DNA from: an uncultured bacterium
GTDB lineage: Bacteria; Patescibacteriota; Minisyncoccia; Phycocordibacterales; GCA-2401445
Assembly (NCBI GenBank): GCA_937952265.1
Contig: CALFYW010000055.1
Location: 58,478 to 122,477 of the forward strand
Length of the DNA: 64,000 bases
Direction of reading: 5' to 3'
Below, one piece after another: positions 29,589 through 39,735 of the stretch. Every line of letters begins with the position of its first letter. The first letter of the stretch is position 1. A program made the translations under genes and the position numbers. The notes beneath the pieces were generated by a model. The model was not told where the DNA came from, ran no database searches, and was given only the letters and a program-made list of their open reading frames with translations.

Positions 29589-29640
29589 GATTTTGTTTCC
29601 TCAACCCCAAATGACAATGCACTCGGAGACTGATCTACGC

Positions 29641-30141
29641 TCACGCCTCTAAACGATTGAACGTCACAGCAAGCGAAACGGCATCAAACGCGTTCATCCT
29701 ATAATCCTCACCCATCCATGGTCGCCGCCTTGGTGGAACATACGGGGCAAGTTCTGGGAAGCGATGTCCGAGTGCGAGCGCAATTTCACGCTTCGTTCCC
29801 CGCGGCCCGACAATGGCGGTCTGAATGTCGGCGCGAGAAAACTTAGCGGTCCGAACTCCACTCGATGCGGCGAGCCGGCGAAGCTCTCCAATTAAGAGCT
29901 GCACCCGGAGACACCTGCGGGAACCGTCTCCGGCAAAATCCTCGAGCACCAGGATTTCTGGGGAATAGAATTTGATCAATCTCCGGACCTTGCGACAAGT
30001 CTGTGCGGTCTTATCCTCCGGAGTTCCATTTATCCCCCAATCAACCAACGTTTTCGGTCCCTCAAGGACCGCGTAGCCGAACCCTCGACAACCAGGATCA
30101 ATCGCGAGAACACGTGAATTGTGCATTTTCACCCGCCTCAT
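29641..30141 (-). CDS. RuvC-like (Holliday-junction resolvase fold) nuclease
   Basis: N-terminal LAIDPGCRGFGYAVLEG parallels RuvC GIDPGSRVTGYGV. An acidic ILVLED motif follows. Confidence 0.45.
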   Translation of the reverse strand: MRRVKMHNSRVLAIDPGCRGFGYAVLEGPKTLVDWGINGTPEDKTAQTCRKVRRLIKFYSPEILVLEDFAGDGSRRCLRVQLLIGELRRLAASSGVRTAKFSRADIQTAIVGPRGTKREIALALGHRFPELAPYVPPRRRPWMGEDYRMNAFDAVSLAVTFNRLEA

Positions 30142-30497
30142 GATGTTGTTTGGGCGTGTGATTCGATCGCCTCGATGATCGCGGTTAAAAGTTCGAGCTT
30201 TCGTTGAGTTACAGCGCTTGGTTTGTCGCGTTTGATCCGCCGGATGAGGGCCCGGATCCGCCGTGCTAATCGGTTTTCCACCTTCTCATGCGTTCCCGCA
30301 TACAATTCACGCACCGGCGTCCGGAATAGAATCTCCAGGGCGAGCCCCGTTTCCAGTTTGGGTTGTTGGCTAAACCGTTCGTAGCGACACACTTTGGATC
30401 CGCATTGCGTTCCAAGAAGGTAGGCAACTTCCTCTTGTGAAAGGCCGCTTCGCCTTCGGTGCGCCTTGAGATAGTTGGGTAAACGCGAGGAATCCAT
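30138..30497 (-). CDS. XRE-family HTH regulator
   Basis: LKAHRRRSGLSQEEVAYLLG...CRYERF...LETGLALEILF fits the XRE HTH pattern. The ATG at 30497 is in frame, and the stop overlaps the RuvC-like start. Confidence 0.5.
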   Translation of the reverse strand: MDSSRLPNYLKAHRRRSGLSQEEVAYLLGTQCGSKVCRYERFSQQPKLETGLALEILFRTPVRELYAGTHEKVENRLARRIRALIRRIKRDKPSAVTQRKLELLTAIIEAIESHAQTTS

Positions 30498-30791
30498 GGA
30501 GATTTCGAATGTTAGGGAAGTCGAAGTGGCTTCAATTCCATTGTAAACCGGTGCTCGGTCCGACAAAGGAGTGAATTCTTGCGGAATCACGCAAGATCGG
30601 ATCACCACAACCGCGATCAGGACCTCAGCAAGCGGTCTTGGGTGGACTTGGGGGACTTTGGGGATGTCACCACGGACACGACGACTGGCGCCGGCCCGTA
30701 TTTTCGGGCTGTTTGCCCCGCGTGACTTCGCTCAACGCACCCGGAAGAACGTCCCCAATGTCCCCAACGTCCACCCGTGTTCTCCACGTGC

Positions 30792-32129
30792 TTACGCATC
30801 GTGGAGTTTCTCGATTCCGTACCGATCGTAGAGCCGCTTTAACTTCGGGCACTCGTCCGGTGGAATCACGAAAAGCCCGTGACTTTTCCGTGTCTTCACG
30901 TGCAATCGGGACCGGAGAACGCCGCCAATCCAACGCTGCGTGATCTTTCGGTCATAATCCTCACCGTGAAGTTCGCTGAATCGCTGGGTGATCTCGCCGA
31001 CAGAGAGGCGTGGATTTTCTCTCTCACCCGCGATATCACGAATGATCGCGAGAATTTCAGCCTCGGTATCCAGGCCCCGCTCAGCCACCATGTCCTGGTG
31101 GTGTTCTCGCAACACGTTCCGCAACGACGCGCGTAGGTCGGAATCGTCAATGATCGAGAGGAGGGGCGCGAACACTTGGTTCAGTCTGGGCTCAATTCTC
31201 CGGTCAATCAAATCCTCGGAAATGTTCGATTTCCCCAGGTTCCGGAAACGAAAGAGCAGCAGCTTGTTCCGCAATGCCAGCGCCTCTGCTGCGTGCGAAG
31301 CTGGAAGGTTGATGGGAATATCCTCGCGCATCGTGTGCTGCCCCATGTCTTCGGTCAAAAACCGGCTTTCGAGCGCGCGATCTTCAAATGAGCGACGAAC
31401 CGCCACAAGTTTGGGCCCGAACACCTGGTAAGCTCTCGGATTGTATTCGCCCTTTCCATTGCCTTCGCTGCGAAGTACCGGAAAACCCTTCGCATTCCCG
31501 TTGTTGAGGATCTTCGACAGCTCGTTCTTCTCGTCGCTCATCCGGAAGTCGCTCTCGTCGATGATGAGCGTCCCTCCGATCGAGTCGAGGATCCGGAACA
31601 GCGGGGAGGTCGTTGAAGCGCCGCTCGCGAAAATTGGCTTGTAACAAAGCGACCCCACGGTGAGCAAGAAGCGGGTTTTGCCGCAACCAGGCTCCCCACG
31701 GGCGCGCAGGTACGGCAACTCATTGAATTGGTCGTGAACCCAGGTGAAAAGAACATAAAAAGCCGCGATCTGCTCAAATACGGGGCTCAAATCAACATAG
31801 CGGTGAATGAAGCAGCGAATCTCGTCAACAAGAGCTTGTTCTGAGTCATACTCCTCTGGTCCAGTAGGCAAGAGCACAATCTGATTCTTGATCAGGTTGT
31901 TCTGCGCCGAATACGGGACAAGCCGGAGCAGTGGATCCACCGGGACCGTGTCATGGATCTCCCACACGCCGCTCTTCCATCGAACGAAGGCGCTCTGTTC
32001 GCGAATCCTGTTGTAGATCATCTCAATCACAGATCCGTCCGGGAACGATGCCGAGACGGTAGGGACCTTTCGCTCAAGCTTTCGGAAGTCCACCCCTTTC
32101 TCCGGCGGAAAGTCAGGCATAGCATGCAT
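30792..32129 (-). CDS. P-loop NTPase, putative replication/mobilisation ATPase of the element
   Basis: Walker A GEPGCGKTRFLL and Walker B LIIDESDF. Heads an operon with the HTH and RuvC-like genes, divergent from the recombinase. Confidence 0.45.
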   Translation of the reverse strand: MHAMPDFPPEKGVDFRKLERKVPTVSASFPDGSVIEMIYNRIREQSAFVRWKSGVWEIHDTVPVDPLLRLVPYSAQNNLIKNQIVLLPTGPEEYDSEQALVDEIRCFIHRYVDLSPVFEQIAAFYVLFTWVHDQFNELPYLRARGEPGCGKTRFLLTVGSLCYKPIFASGASTTSPLFRILDSIGGTLIIDESDFRMSDEKNELSKILNNGNAKGFPVLRSEGNGKGEYNPRAYQVFGPKLVAVRRSFEDRALESRFLTEDMGQHTMREDIPINLPASHAAEALALRNKLLLFRFRNLGKSNISEDLIDRRIEPRLNQVFAPLLSIIDDSDLRASLRNVLREHHQDMVAERGLDTEAEILAIIRDIAGERENPRLSVGEITQRFSELHGEDYDRKITQRWIGGVLRSRLHVKTRKSHGLFVIPPDECPKLKRLYDRYGIEKLHDA

Positions 32130-32321
32130 GATCGGCTTGATCGTTGTGAGGGAACGTTGAATTCATTGTCATTATATCGCATTCTCCATTAACGGCGAAG
32201 CTCCAAAAGTGGGGATTTCTTGCGCTCGGTATCAATTGGAACTCGACATGAGTTAGAACCCTGCCACTCGCAACAAGTACTCACGTCTTCCGGAGCGCTC
32301 GTGACAGGCTATCCTAAAAAG

Positions 32322-32501
32322 ATGCGTCTTTCAGAAGCTGCAATTAAGAAGTTCCGTGAGATTTATCGCCGCGAATATGGCGTGGATATCTCGCCGGAAC
32401 GAGCGGAAGAAATGGGAATCCGCTTGCTTGAACTGACGCAACTCCTGCTACAGAATCCCAACCCCGACGAACGTAGCGATGATTCGGTTATTAAAGGCTG
32501 A
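32322..32501 (+). CDS. Small hypothetical protein (possible recombination directionality factor)
   Basis: A 59-aa ORF located between the divergent ATPase operon and the serine recombinase. No motif seen; placement is the only evidence. Confidence 0.2.
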   Translation: MRLSEAAIKKFREIYRREYGVDISPERAEEMGIRLLELTQLLLQNPNPDERSDDSVIKG

Positions 32502-32574
32502 GATAGTTGACTCGAAACTCTCATGTACGTTACGCTGTACACCTCTCGGGGTTTGAATTCCTTTCTCGTTATCT

Positions 32575-34290
32575 ATGGCTTCGTTCATCATCTATTGTAG
32601 AAAATCTACCGAATCAGAAGATCGCCAAGTACTATCCATTGAATCTCAGGTGAACGAGATCCGTGAACTTGCCCGGAAGCTCGGGATTTCCGTATCAACC
32701 GTTCTTACGGAATCTAAATCCGCGAAGGCGCCTGGTCGCCCGATCTTCAACGACATGATACAACGCGTTTACCGCGGAGAGGTTCAAGGGATTCTATGCT
32801 GGAAACTTGATCGCCTTGCGCGCAATCCCGTTGATGGGGGATCCCTCATCTGGGCACTCAAACAGCATGGCCTCCAGATCATCACCCCTACTCAGCGTTT
32901 CAGCCAAATCGAGGATAATACCATTCTGATGTATGTTGAGTTCGGGATGGCACAGAAATATGTTGATGATCTCAGCCGGAACGTGAAGCGCGGGCTCAAA
33001 ACAAAAGCTGAGAAGGGCTGGTGCCCGGGGCTCTCTCCCTTGGGGTATCTCAACGTCGTCACAAAGTCCGGTGAACGTCAACTAGTCATGGATCCCGACC
33101 GCTTTCATATCATTCGCCGAATCTGGGATCTTATGCTTTCGGGTAACTACTCAACCACAAAGATCCTTGAGATCGCCAACGGAAGCTGGGGATTGCGCAC
33201 GCGCCCAATGCGCCGACAAGGGGGAAAGCCGTTGGCACGCAGTGGCCTGTATCGGCTCCTCTCCAATCCCTTCTACTATGGCTCCTTTGAATACCCCCGG
33301 AATTCTGGCTCATGGCACCGCGGGAATCACGAACCAATGATCACTCAAGCGGAATTCGACCGAGTCCAAATCCTTCTTGGGAAGAGGACCTCCAATTCCC
33401 CACGAAATACCTGTCGGTTCACCTTCAGCGGCATGATCCATTGTGGTGAATGTGGCGGAGCGGTCACGGCCGAGGAGAAACACCAAATCATCTGTAGCTC
33501 CTGTCGAGTGAAGTTCGCGCGCGGAAACCGTGATCAGTGTCCGGAATGCAACGTTCGCATTGATCGTATGGAGAAACCCATTCTCCTCCATTACGTCTAT
33601 TACCACTGTGCCAAAAGCAAGAATCCCCGGTGTCGACAACGGGGAATTGAAACAAAGAAGCTCGAACGGCAGATCCACGAGTTCCTTCAAAGGCTCGAGC
33701 TTGCGAGTGAATTCCGTGACTGGGCGCTCGATTTTCTAGAAGCGTTATCGGAGAACCAATTCACCAATGCGCAGGTCGTTCGCGCTTCGCAGGAAAATAC
33801 CCTTCGGACGTGCCTTAAACACCTTGACGGACTGATCACGCTTAAGACAGCTCCGGAGAACGCTCAAGGAAACCTCATTTCCAACGAAGAGTATGCGCGT
33901 CAACGCAGCACACTCTTATCTCAGAAACAATCCTTGGAAGATGCGCTCTCTAAAAAACCGCCAACTTCAATCGATATCCGAAACGCTGCTATCTCGGTGT
34001 TTGACTATGCCGATACAGCAGCAAAGCGTTTCAAATCTGGTGACGCATCCACCAAACGAGCAATACTCACGCGCGTTGGTTCGAACCTACGACTAACCGA
34101 CAAAATGCTCAGTATTGAAGCCACGGATCCCTTTCATATATTCCTCGAATACCAGAAAGGCTCTGAACATGAAAACGATGAGTTCGAACCTGACTTTCAT
34201 GGCTCTGTTGAGTGGGATTTGGAGCGCTTTGAACCATATCGTCCTATTGGGCTCCGGCGGCAGGATTCGAACCTGCGACCAATCGGTTAA
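32575..34290 (+). mobile_element. Large serine recombinase (resolvase/invertase catalytic domain, recombinase domain, zinc ribbon, coiled coil)
   Basis: N-terminal IIYCRKSTESEDRQVLSIESQ carries the catalytic Ser in the YxRxST context. A Cys4 zinc ribbon CGECGG...C is present, and length is about 570 aa. The ORF's last roughly 15 codons read through the tRNA-Asn 3' end, so the true stop may lie earlier. Confidence 0.85.
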
Positions 34291-34323
34291 CAGCCGACTG
34301 CTCTACCACTGAGCTACACCGGA
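34249..34323 (-). tRNA. tRNA-Asn (anticodon GUU)
   Basis: Reverse complement folds as a cloverleaf: acceptor UCCGGUG/CGCCGGA (U1-A72 as in E. coli tRNA-Asn), D-arm GCUC-AGUGGUA-GAGC, anticodon stem GUCGG/CCGAU with loop CUGUUAA, T-arm GCAGG-UUCGAAU-CCUGC, discriminator G. The 3' tail reads GCCCA, one extra C relative to CCA. Confidence 0.8.
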
Positions 34324-34368
34324 ATAGCATGTGCATTGTAGCCATAAAAAGCGAAATGCGCAAATGTA

Positions 34369-34887
34369 TTGTGCCTCGAATGGTATGCTTTTGGAAACAA
34401 AAATGGTAGTATAATGGTATATATGGAAGGGAATCGGGACAGTCTTATTATTGACAGTTCAGCATTCTCTCACTCGGGTAATATACCTCCTCGTTATACT
34501 TGTGACGGAAAAAATATTTCTCCGCCCCTTGCTTTTTATGGTATTCCTGAAGGAACCACTTCACTCGTCTTGATTATGGATGATATCGATGCGGTGGCGG
34601 GCGTTTGGGATCATTGGATTGTCTTTAATATTCCTCCGAGTACAAATGTTATAGAAGAGGGGAGAGAGCCATCAGGGGTCGCCGGCGCCCGCACTGATGG
34701 TGAAAAAGGGTACTATGGGCCATGTCCTTCAGATGGAAAAGAGCACCGATATGTATTTCGAGTATACGCCCTCGATACACGGCTCGACCTTCCTGAAGGA
34801 GCAACGAAAAACGAAGTACTCTCTTCTCTTGAAGGACACTGTATTGCACAAGCAACACTAATGGGTAAATTTCGACGTGGCATATGA
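34369..34887 (+). CDS. PEBP/YbhB-YbcL family protein (start probably at MVYMEG, 34414)
   Basis: IPPRYTCDGKNISPPLAFYGIPEGTTSLVLIMDDIDA plus the downstream CDGH-type region. Confidence 0.7.
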   Translation: MCLEWYAFGNKNGSIMVYMEGNRDSLIIDSSAFSHSGNIPPRYTCDGKNISPPLAFYGIPEGTTSLVLIMDDIDAVAGVWDHWIVFNIPPSTNVIEEGREPSGVAGARTDGEKGYYGPCPSDGKEHRYVFRVYALDTRLDLPEGATKNEVLSSLEGHCIAQATLMGKFRRGI

Positions 34888-35114
34888 GTGAGAAGCATAT
34901 TCGGGTACTTGTTGAGGCAGGGTCAAAACATGATGAGGTAAGCGCGCTTTCGACGCATTTTCTGGTGAAGGTTAAAGAATCGCCAGCAGGGAATCAGGCA
35001 AATCGGAAAGTGGTAGGGCTTCTTGCAACGTATTTTAATGTTCCTACGAATGCAGTACATATTGTTTCCGGGCACCATGCGTCCCGAAAGACAATTGCCA
35101 TTAAAAGAGCCTAG
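34884..35114 (+). CDS. DUF167 (YggU-like) protein
   Basis: About 76 aa with ...ESPAGNQANRKVVGLLATYFNVPTNAVHIVSGHHASRKTIAI, fitting the DUF167 pattern. Confidence 0.65.
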   Translation: MSEKHIRVLVEAGSKHDEVSALSTHFLVKVKESPAGNQANRKVVGLLATYFNVPTNAVHIVSGHHASRKTIAIKRA

Positions 35115-35152
35115 TGTGATGTTCGATTATTCTTAAATGTATAACTTATTTT

Positions 35153-35515
35153 ATGGTCAATATTAAAGCTACGAACATTGAGTTAACTCCCGCAATTACC
35201 TCCTACGTTGCAAAAAAACTTCAGTATACGCGTAAATTAGTTGATCTTGATAGTGGAAAGGTAACGGCGCTACTTGAAGTAGGGAAGACCACGAAGCATC
35301 ATCGCTCCGGAGATATCTTTCGCGCAGAAATTAACTTAAAGGTTGCGGGGAAGCAGTTTCGAGCGGTTGCGAAACGGGATGATCTCTATGCCGCAATTGA
35401 CGAGATGAAAAACATCTTGCTTGCTGAATTAAAGCGCGACAAAGAGGCGCGTATTACTTCTGTAAGAAAGGGAGGCGCGAAGTTAAAATCAATGATGCGT
35501 AGTCTTAAAGAGTAA
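35153..35515 (+). CDS. hpf: Ribosome hibernation promoting factor / RaiA family
   Basis: INIKATNIELTPAITSYVAKKL...FRAEINLKVAGKQFRAVAKRDDLYAAIDEM is the canonical short-HPF sequence pattern. Confidence 0.8.
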   Translation: MVNIKATNIELTPAITSYVAKKLQYTRKLVDLDSGKVTALLEVGKTTKHHRSGDIFRAEINLKVAGKQFRAVAKRDDLYAAIDEMKNILLAELKRDKEARITSVRKGGAKLKSMMRSLKE

Positions 35516-35537
35516 TTAGTGGTACCATATCGAGTAT

Positions 35538-36203
35538 ATGCATTTGCGACAAAAAATACACCCATTATTTACGTGGATCTTCCTTATTATCAGTGCGGTG
35601 TGGACAGGGTATCTCTATCAGTTAGTCGATCGTTTTTCTGATTATAGCCAAGAGCTTATCGCACCGTTGCCAGTTGTTTCAATTGGTTCTGTTCCGCTTA
35701 CTATCCATAATACAAATTCAGCTATGTCTACCGCTATTTTAAAAACGTCATTAGGGGATATTACTCTTGAACTGTTTCCTGACAAAGCACCCAAGACAGT
35801 CGAGAATTTTTTGACGCTTGCTCGAAGTGACTTTTATGATCAGACAAAATTCCACCGCGTGATTCCTGATTTTATGATACAAGCAGGAGACCCTAATACT
35901 CGCGGAGATGAGGTGTCCACCTATGGAACAGGCGGGCCTGATTATGTATTTGAAGATGAGATACATAACGTTCCAATTACTCGTGGTATTCTTGCGATGG
36001 CGAACCGAGGCCCGAATACGAATGGTAGCCAGTTCTTTGTTGTGACGGCGGAAGCAACACCATGGCTTGATGGGCTGCATACGGTTTTTGGGAAGGTGGT
36101 AGAAGGTATGGATGTCGTTGACCGTATTAGCCACGTGAAGACCACCGGCCCTGATCGGCCAATTGAACCGGTAGTCTTAATGGACGTGATCATTGAAGGC
36201 TAG
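35538..36203 (+). CDS. Cyclophilin-type peptidyl-prolyl cis-trans isomerase with an N-terminal membrane anchor
   Basis: FHRVIPDFMIQAGDP, GTGGPDY, MANRGPNTNGSQFFV. Confidence 0.85.
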   Translation: MHLRQKIHPLFTWIFLIISAVWTGYLYQLVDRFSDYSQELIAPLPVVSIGSVPLTIHNTNSAMSTAILKTSLGDITLELFPDKAPKTVENFLTLARSDFYDQTKFHRVIPDFMIQAGDPNTRGDEVSTYGTGGPDYVFEDEIHNVPITRGILAMANRGPNTNGSQFFVVTAEATPWLDGLHTVFGKVVEGMDVVDRISHVKTTGPDRPIEPVVLMDVIIEG

Positions 36204-36206
36204 TTG

Positions 36207-37073
36207 TTAAACCTTCATTTGTTTAGAGAATAGTTCAAATGGAATTTCTCTTTTTCCTTCTGGAATGACACGCTCGATAATAAGCTGATTATCTTGGTAT
36301 GATGCCTTTGTAATGATAACCCGAAGGGGTTTGTGGTGTTGATGTATAAAAAAGAACGGACGTAGTGAGGAAGATTGGAATGCTTGAATTTTGAGAAAGT
36401 TTTTATACGGATCTGCGTCACGCGAGATAAGGGCATCCTCTTTCGTAAATTTTTTGGTGTAGGTCGCCTTGGTTTCGTCTTGGGGGACTGCTTTAATTTC
36501 GCCTTGTATCCATGCGGGCAGTGTCTTTTTTAAGAGCATCGCGCCTTTTCGCGCGAGCATTTCTTCAAGCGCTGGAGCGGGAGGCCAAGATTCAATCGTT
36601 ACTTTTTCTTGTGCGATAATAGGGCCATGGTCCATTTTTTCATCCATTACCATGAGAGAAACCCCTGTCTTTTTTTCATCATTTAGAATTGCAGATTGAA
36701 TTGGAGAAGCACCTCGAAGTCTTGGAAGGAGCGAGGGGTGTATATTTATCGCCCCATGAGTAGGGAGCGTAATAATTGATTGAGGAAGTATCCTACCAAA
36801 AGATGCCACGACAAAGAGTGGGTGTTGGGTAAGCGCTGGACACGATTCAAGAATTGAGGATTTTTTCGGGGGATCACACAGTGGGATATTTCGCTCTTGT
36901 GCCCAACGCTTAACTTCTGAAGGGGTTATGCGCAGGTTGCGTCCTTGTGGCGTATCAGGCTGTGTCACGACGAGTGCGGGGAGTAACCCCTCTTTTTCAA
37001 GCTCTTCTAGAACAACCACTGACATTCGCGAGGTTCCAAAAAATGCAAAAGATGGTATCAACGGGTGAGACAT
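36207..37073 (-). CDS. fmt: Methionyl-tRNA formyltransferase
   Basis: N-terminal FAFFGTS...VVTQPDTPQGR, and INIHPSLLPRLRGASPIQSAI. Lies directly downstream of def. Confidence 0.85.
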   Translation of the reverse strand: MSHPLIPSFAFFGTSRMSVVVLEELEKEGLLPALVVTQPDTPQGRNLRITPSEVKRWAQERNIPLCDPPKKSSILESCPALTQHPLFVVASFGRILPQSIITLPTHGAINIHPSLLPRLRGASPIQSAILNDEKKTGVSLMVMDEKMDHGPIIAQEKVTIESWPPAPALEEMLARKGAMLLKKTLPAWIQGEIKAVPQDETKATYTKKFTKEDALISRDADPYKNFLKIQAFQSSSLRPFFFIHQHHKPLRVIITKASYQDNQLIIERVIPEGKREIPFELFSKQMKV

Positions 37074-37078
37074 AGGTG

Positions 37079-37633
37079 TTATGAGGGGGTGTTTTGTGCT
37101 CGGTCATCCGGAGGAATCTCCTGGAGTTCTTGAGCATGGTCGATAAAAAGCACGCCATGTAAGTGGTCGATTTCATGCTGAAAAATTTGGGCACGTAAAC
37201 CACTTGCGCCTTCACGAAAAATTTTTCCATATTCATCATAGGCCTCGATAGTGACCTGTTGTGCTCGGGATACTTTTCCGTATAGCCATCGAACACTTAA
37301 ACACCCCTCTTCCACATATTGTTTTTTCCTTGATTTTTTAATGATTCGAGGATTAATGAAAACACGATGATCTTTCGGAGGATCTTTTTTCACCTCCTCA
37401 TCAGTACGAAAGGAAGGATGGCGCCCAAATTGTATCTTTTCTGATATGATAAAGATTTGAAGCGAAATACCAATTTGTGGCGCAGCAATTGCAACGCCAT
37501 CTTCTTGGGTTCGTAATGCACGTTGCATATCCTGGATATATCCTTGTATAGCACTGCTCTGTATCTCGTGACGCGCTACTTCACGCGCGTGAAGACGTAG
37601 TGTCGGGTGTTCTTTTGAGAGAATTTTTTTCAT
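37079..37633 (-). CDS. def: Peptide deformylase
   Basis: GVAIAAPQIG, EGCLS, QHEIDHLHG motifs. Confidence 0.9.
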   Translation of the reverse strand: MKKILSKEHPTLRLHAREVARHEIQSSAIQGYIQDMQRALRTQEDGVAIAAPQIGISLQIFIISEKIQFGRHPSFRTDEEVKKDPPKDHRVFINPRIIKKSRKKQYVEEGCLSVRWLYGKVSRAQQVTIEAYDEYGKIFREGASGLRAQIFQHEIDHLHGVLFIDHAQELQEIPPDDRAQNTPS

Positions 37634-37812
37634 GCCTGCTGATAGGTGTTTCTTTGTGGTGTAATGGTAAGAAAATATAAGAGAAAACCTCGGATCCTTC
37701 TCTTCAGGTAAACAAGCGGGGGATTACCCGGAGCATGGCGAGGGAAGAAGGGATCCGAGGGGTGGGTTCTAGAGATTACTATATAAGATTTTTAAAAGGC
37801 TGTCTATTTTTG

Positions 37813-39693
37813 TTAACGCAAGTTCTGTGGATCAACATTAATCGTATAGTAAGGGGGGAGTTCTTTGAGGAGAGAAAAGATGTCCGTCTCTTTAATTTCT
37901 TGATGCGGTATACGCAGTAAGATAGTAATCATTCCTTTTCCTTTCTCATTCCTCATTCCCGAAAACATTTCAATAGATTCTGGATTGATCCACGTTTCTA
38001 TTTTCTGTTTCAGAGAATCAAGATCCTCAGGTGTTCCAGGCGTGCTTATCTTAATTAAGAGGGAGAACGGGGGATAATTAAATTGCTTTCGCATTTCTTC
38101 TTCGGCACGATAAAAATCGATCATATTTCCTCTCAGAGCGTGGTCAAGCACTGCATGCGCGCGTTGCCTGGTCTGAAGTATAAAAGAACGTTGCGTGATC
38201 GATCGGAGTTTGATGATAATACGAAACACCCGTTCATTCATTCGAAAATCAGGAATTGCAAAAAGGCTATCAAGTGAGACCACCGCGGTATTTTCAAGAG
38301 TGTGTGAGATATGGGAAATTGCCATCTCCGTGCCAAGAAGTATGCTTCCTGGAGCATTAAAAAATTTCTCCATCTCCTCATTGATTTTTTTGCTCGTAGT
38401 GGTTGTATCCCCATCAATCCGGAACAGTGCTACCTGAGGGAACCATTCTTTAAGCGTTTCTTCAACGAGCTCAATACCAATACCTAAAGGCTCAAGTTTC
38501 CACCCATCACAGGTTCGGCAGGTGACTCGGCTGCTCCATGAGCGTCCACAGTGATGGCATAGAAAAATGTTTTCCCGAGGTCGCTGGTAGAGTACGACAG
38601 GAGTATCACAGTGCTCGCAGGTATGGGTAGTTCCACAATCTCCGCATACGGTAATCGGAGCAAATCCTTTTCGAGAAACAAGGATAAAGAGGTGCTCATT
38701 ATGTTCTTTGGTGTGGGTAATGAGTTCAGCAAGCTTCCCACTTATGAGTGAGAATCCCTCTTTTTGATCAAGGGGGCGCATATCGATAATTTCTGACTGA
38801 GCAGATGAGAGTGATCGAAATTTTGGCGGAGCAATTTCTCCAAGTTCACCGTCATGGTATCTTGAAATAGTTTCAACTCGCATCACCATATCCCCAAATA
38901 CCAAATTCGCACGCATCTCCTCTGAGAGAAACTCTGCAAACGTTCTAATATCAATAAAGGGGCGCTTCAGGGTTTTATAGGCTCGAGAACCTTCATTTTC
39001 GATGATAATGGTTCCAATATCTTCTCGGGGAATCGCAAGGAAGCTTCCGGTCCCGATGATTAACACCGGATGTTCCTCAGTGATAATTTTCTTCCAGAGG
39101 GAGAGAATTTCTTTTTTACTAATCCCGCTATGAAGGATATACGTGAACTCTTCGATACCTCGCTCGAGAAACACGCGAATACGCTCAATGTCATGAGTGG
39201 TGGGGAGGCAGAAAAAAACAGAAGCGTTGCGCGCAAACGATTCCCGAATAAGGCTTTTGTAATGCGCAATTCTCTCTTCATCGTCAGCTTGGAGGATAAA
39301 TTTGTGGTACCGATCGTTCAATCTTTTTTTGTGGCCGATTTTTTTCGGAAGATTTTTATAATTGTCGTAGATGACTTTGGGCACCATACTTGCCAGAACA
39401 CTTCCGGTTGAAGCGACGGTGTAGTTGCTCATTCGTTTAGATGTCTTAAGGAATGCTTCAGAGAGAACTTGTTGTGCTGATCCAGAAGCAATTTTCTTGA
39501 GCATAAAGCCCTGCGAGCGAAGCTCACTCTTATGCGCTTCCGCGGGGTGAGACTCAATCACAAGCGCGGGGACCCGCTTGCTTTTTAAAGGTACTAAAAC
39601 CATTGCGCCGGGAGCGATATCATCCGAGCTAAAGTATTGCAATATCTCTACACCGATACCACGGCTGATTGGTATGACGTCAAGAATTTTCAT
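37813..39693 (-). CDS. priA: Primosomal protein N' (PriA helicase)
   Basis: Helicase motifs plus the characteristic Cys-rich zinc region CGDCG...CEHCD...CHHCG...CRTCDG. Confidence 0.8.
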   Translation of the reverse strand: MKILDVIPISRGIGVEILQYFSSDDIAPGAMVLVPLKSKRVPALVIESHPAEAHKSELRSQGFMLKKIASGSAQQVLSEAFLKTSKRMSNYTVASTGSVLASMVPKVIYDNYKNLPKKIGHKKRLNDRYHKFILQADDEERIAHYKSLIRESFARNASVFFCLPTTHDIERIRVFLERGIEEFTYILHSGISKKEILSLWKKIITEEHPVLIIGTGSFLAIPREDIGTIIIENEGSRAYKTLKRPFIDIRTFAEFLSEEMRANLVFGDMVMRVETISRYHDGELGEIAPPKFRSLSSAQSEIIDMRPLDQKEGFSLISGKLAELITHTKEHNEHLFILVSRKGFAPITVCGDCGTTHTCEHCDTPVVLYQRPRENIFLCHHCGRSWSSRVTCRTCDGWKLEPLGIGIELVEETLKEWFPQVALFRIDGDTTTTSKKINEEMEKFFNAPGSILLGTEMAISHISHTLENTAVVSLDSLFAIPDFRMNERVFRIIIKLRSITQRSFILQTRQRAHAVLDHALRGNMIDFYRAEEEMRKQFNYPPFSLLIKISTPGTPEDLDSLKQKIETWINPESIEMFSGMRNEKGKGMITILLRIPHQEIKETDIFSLLKELPPYYTINVDPQNLR

Positions 39694-39735
39694 GAATGAA
39701 GGGCATATGAGCGATGAAGAGGGTGGGGCCTAAAC

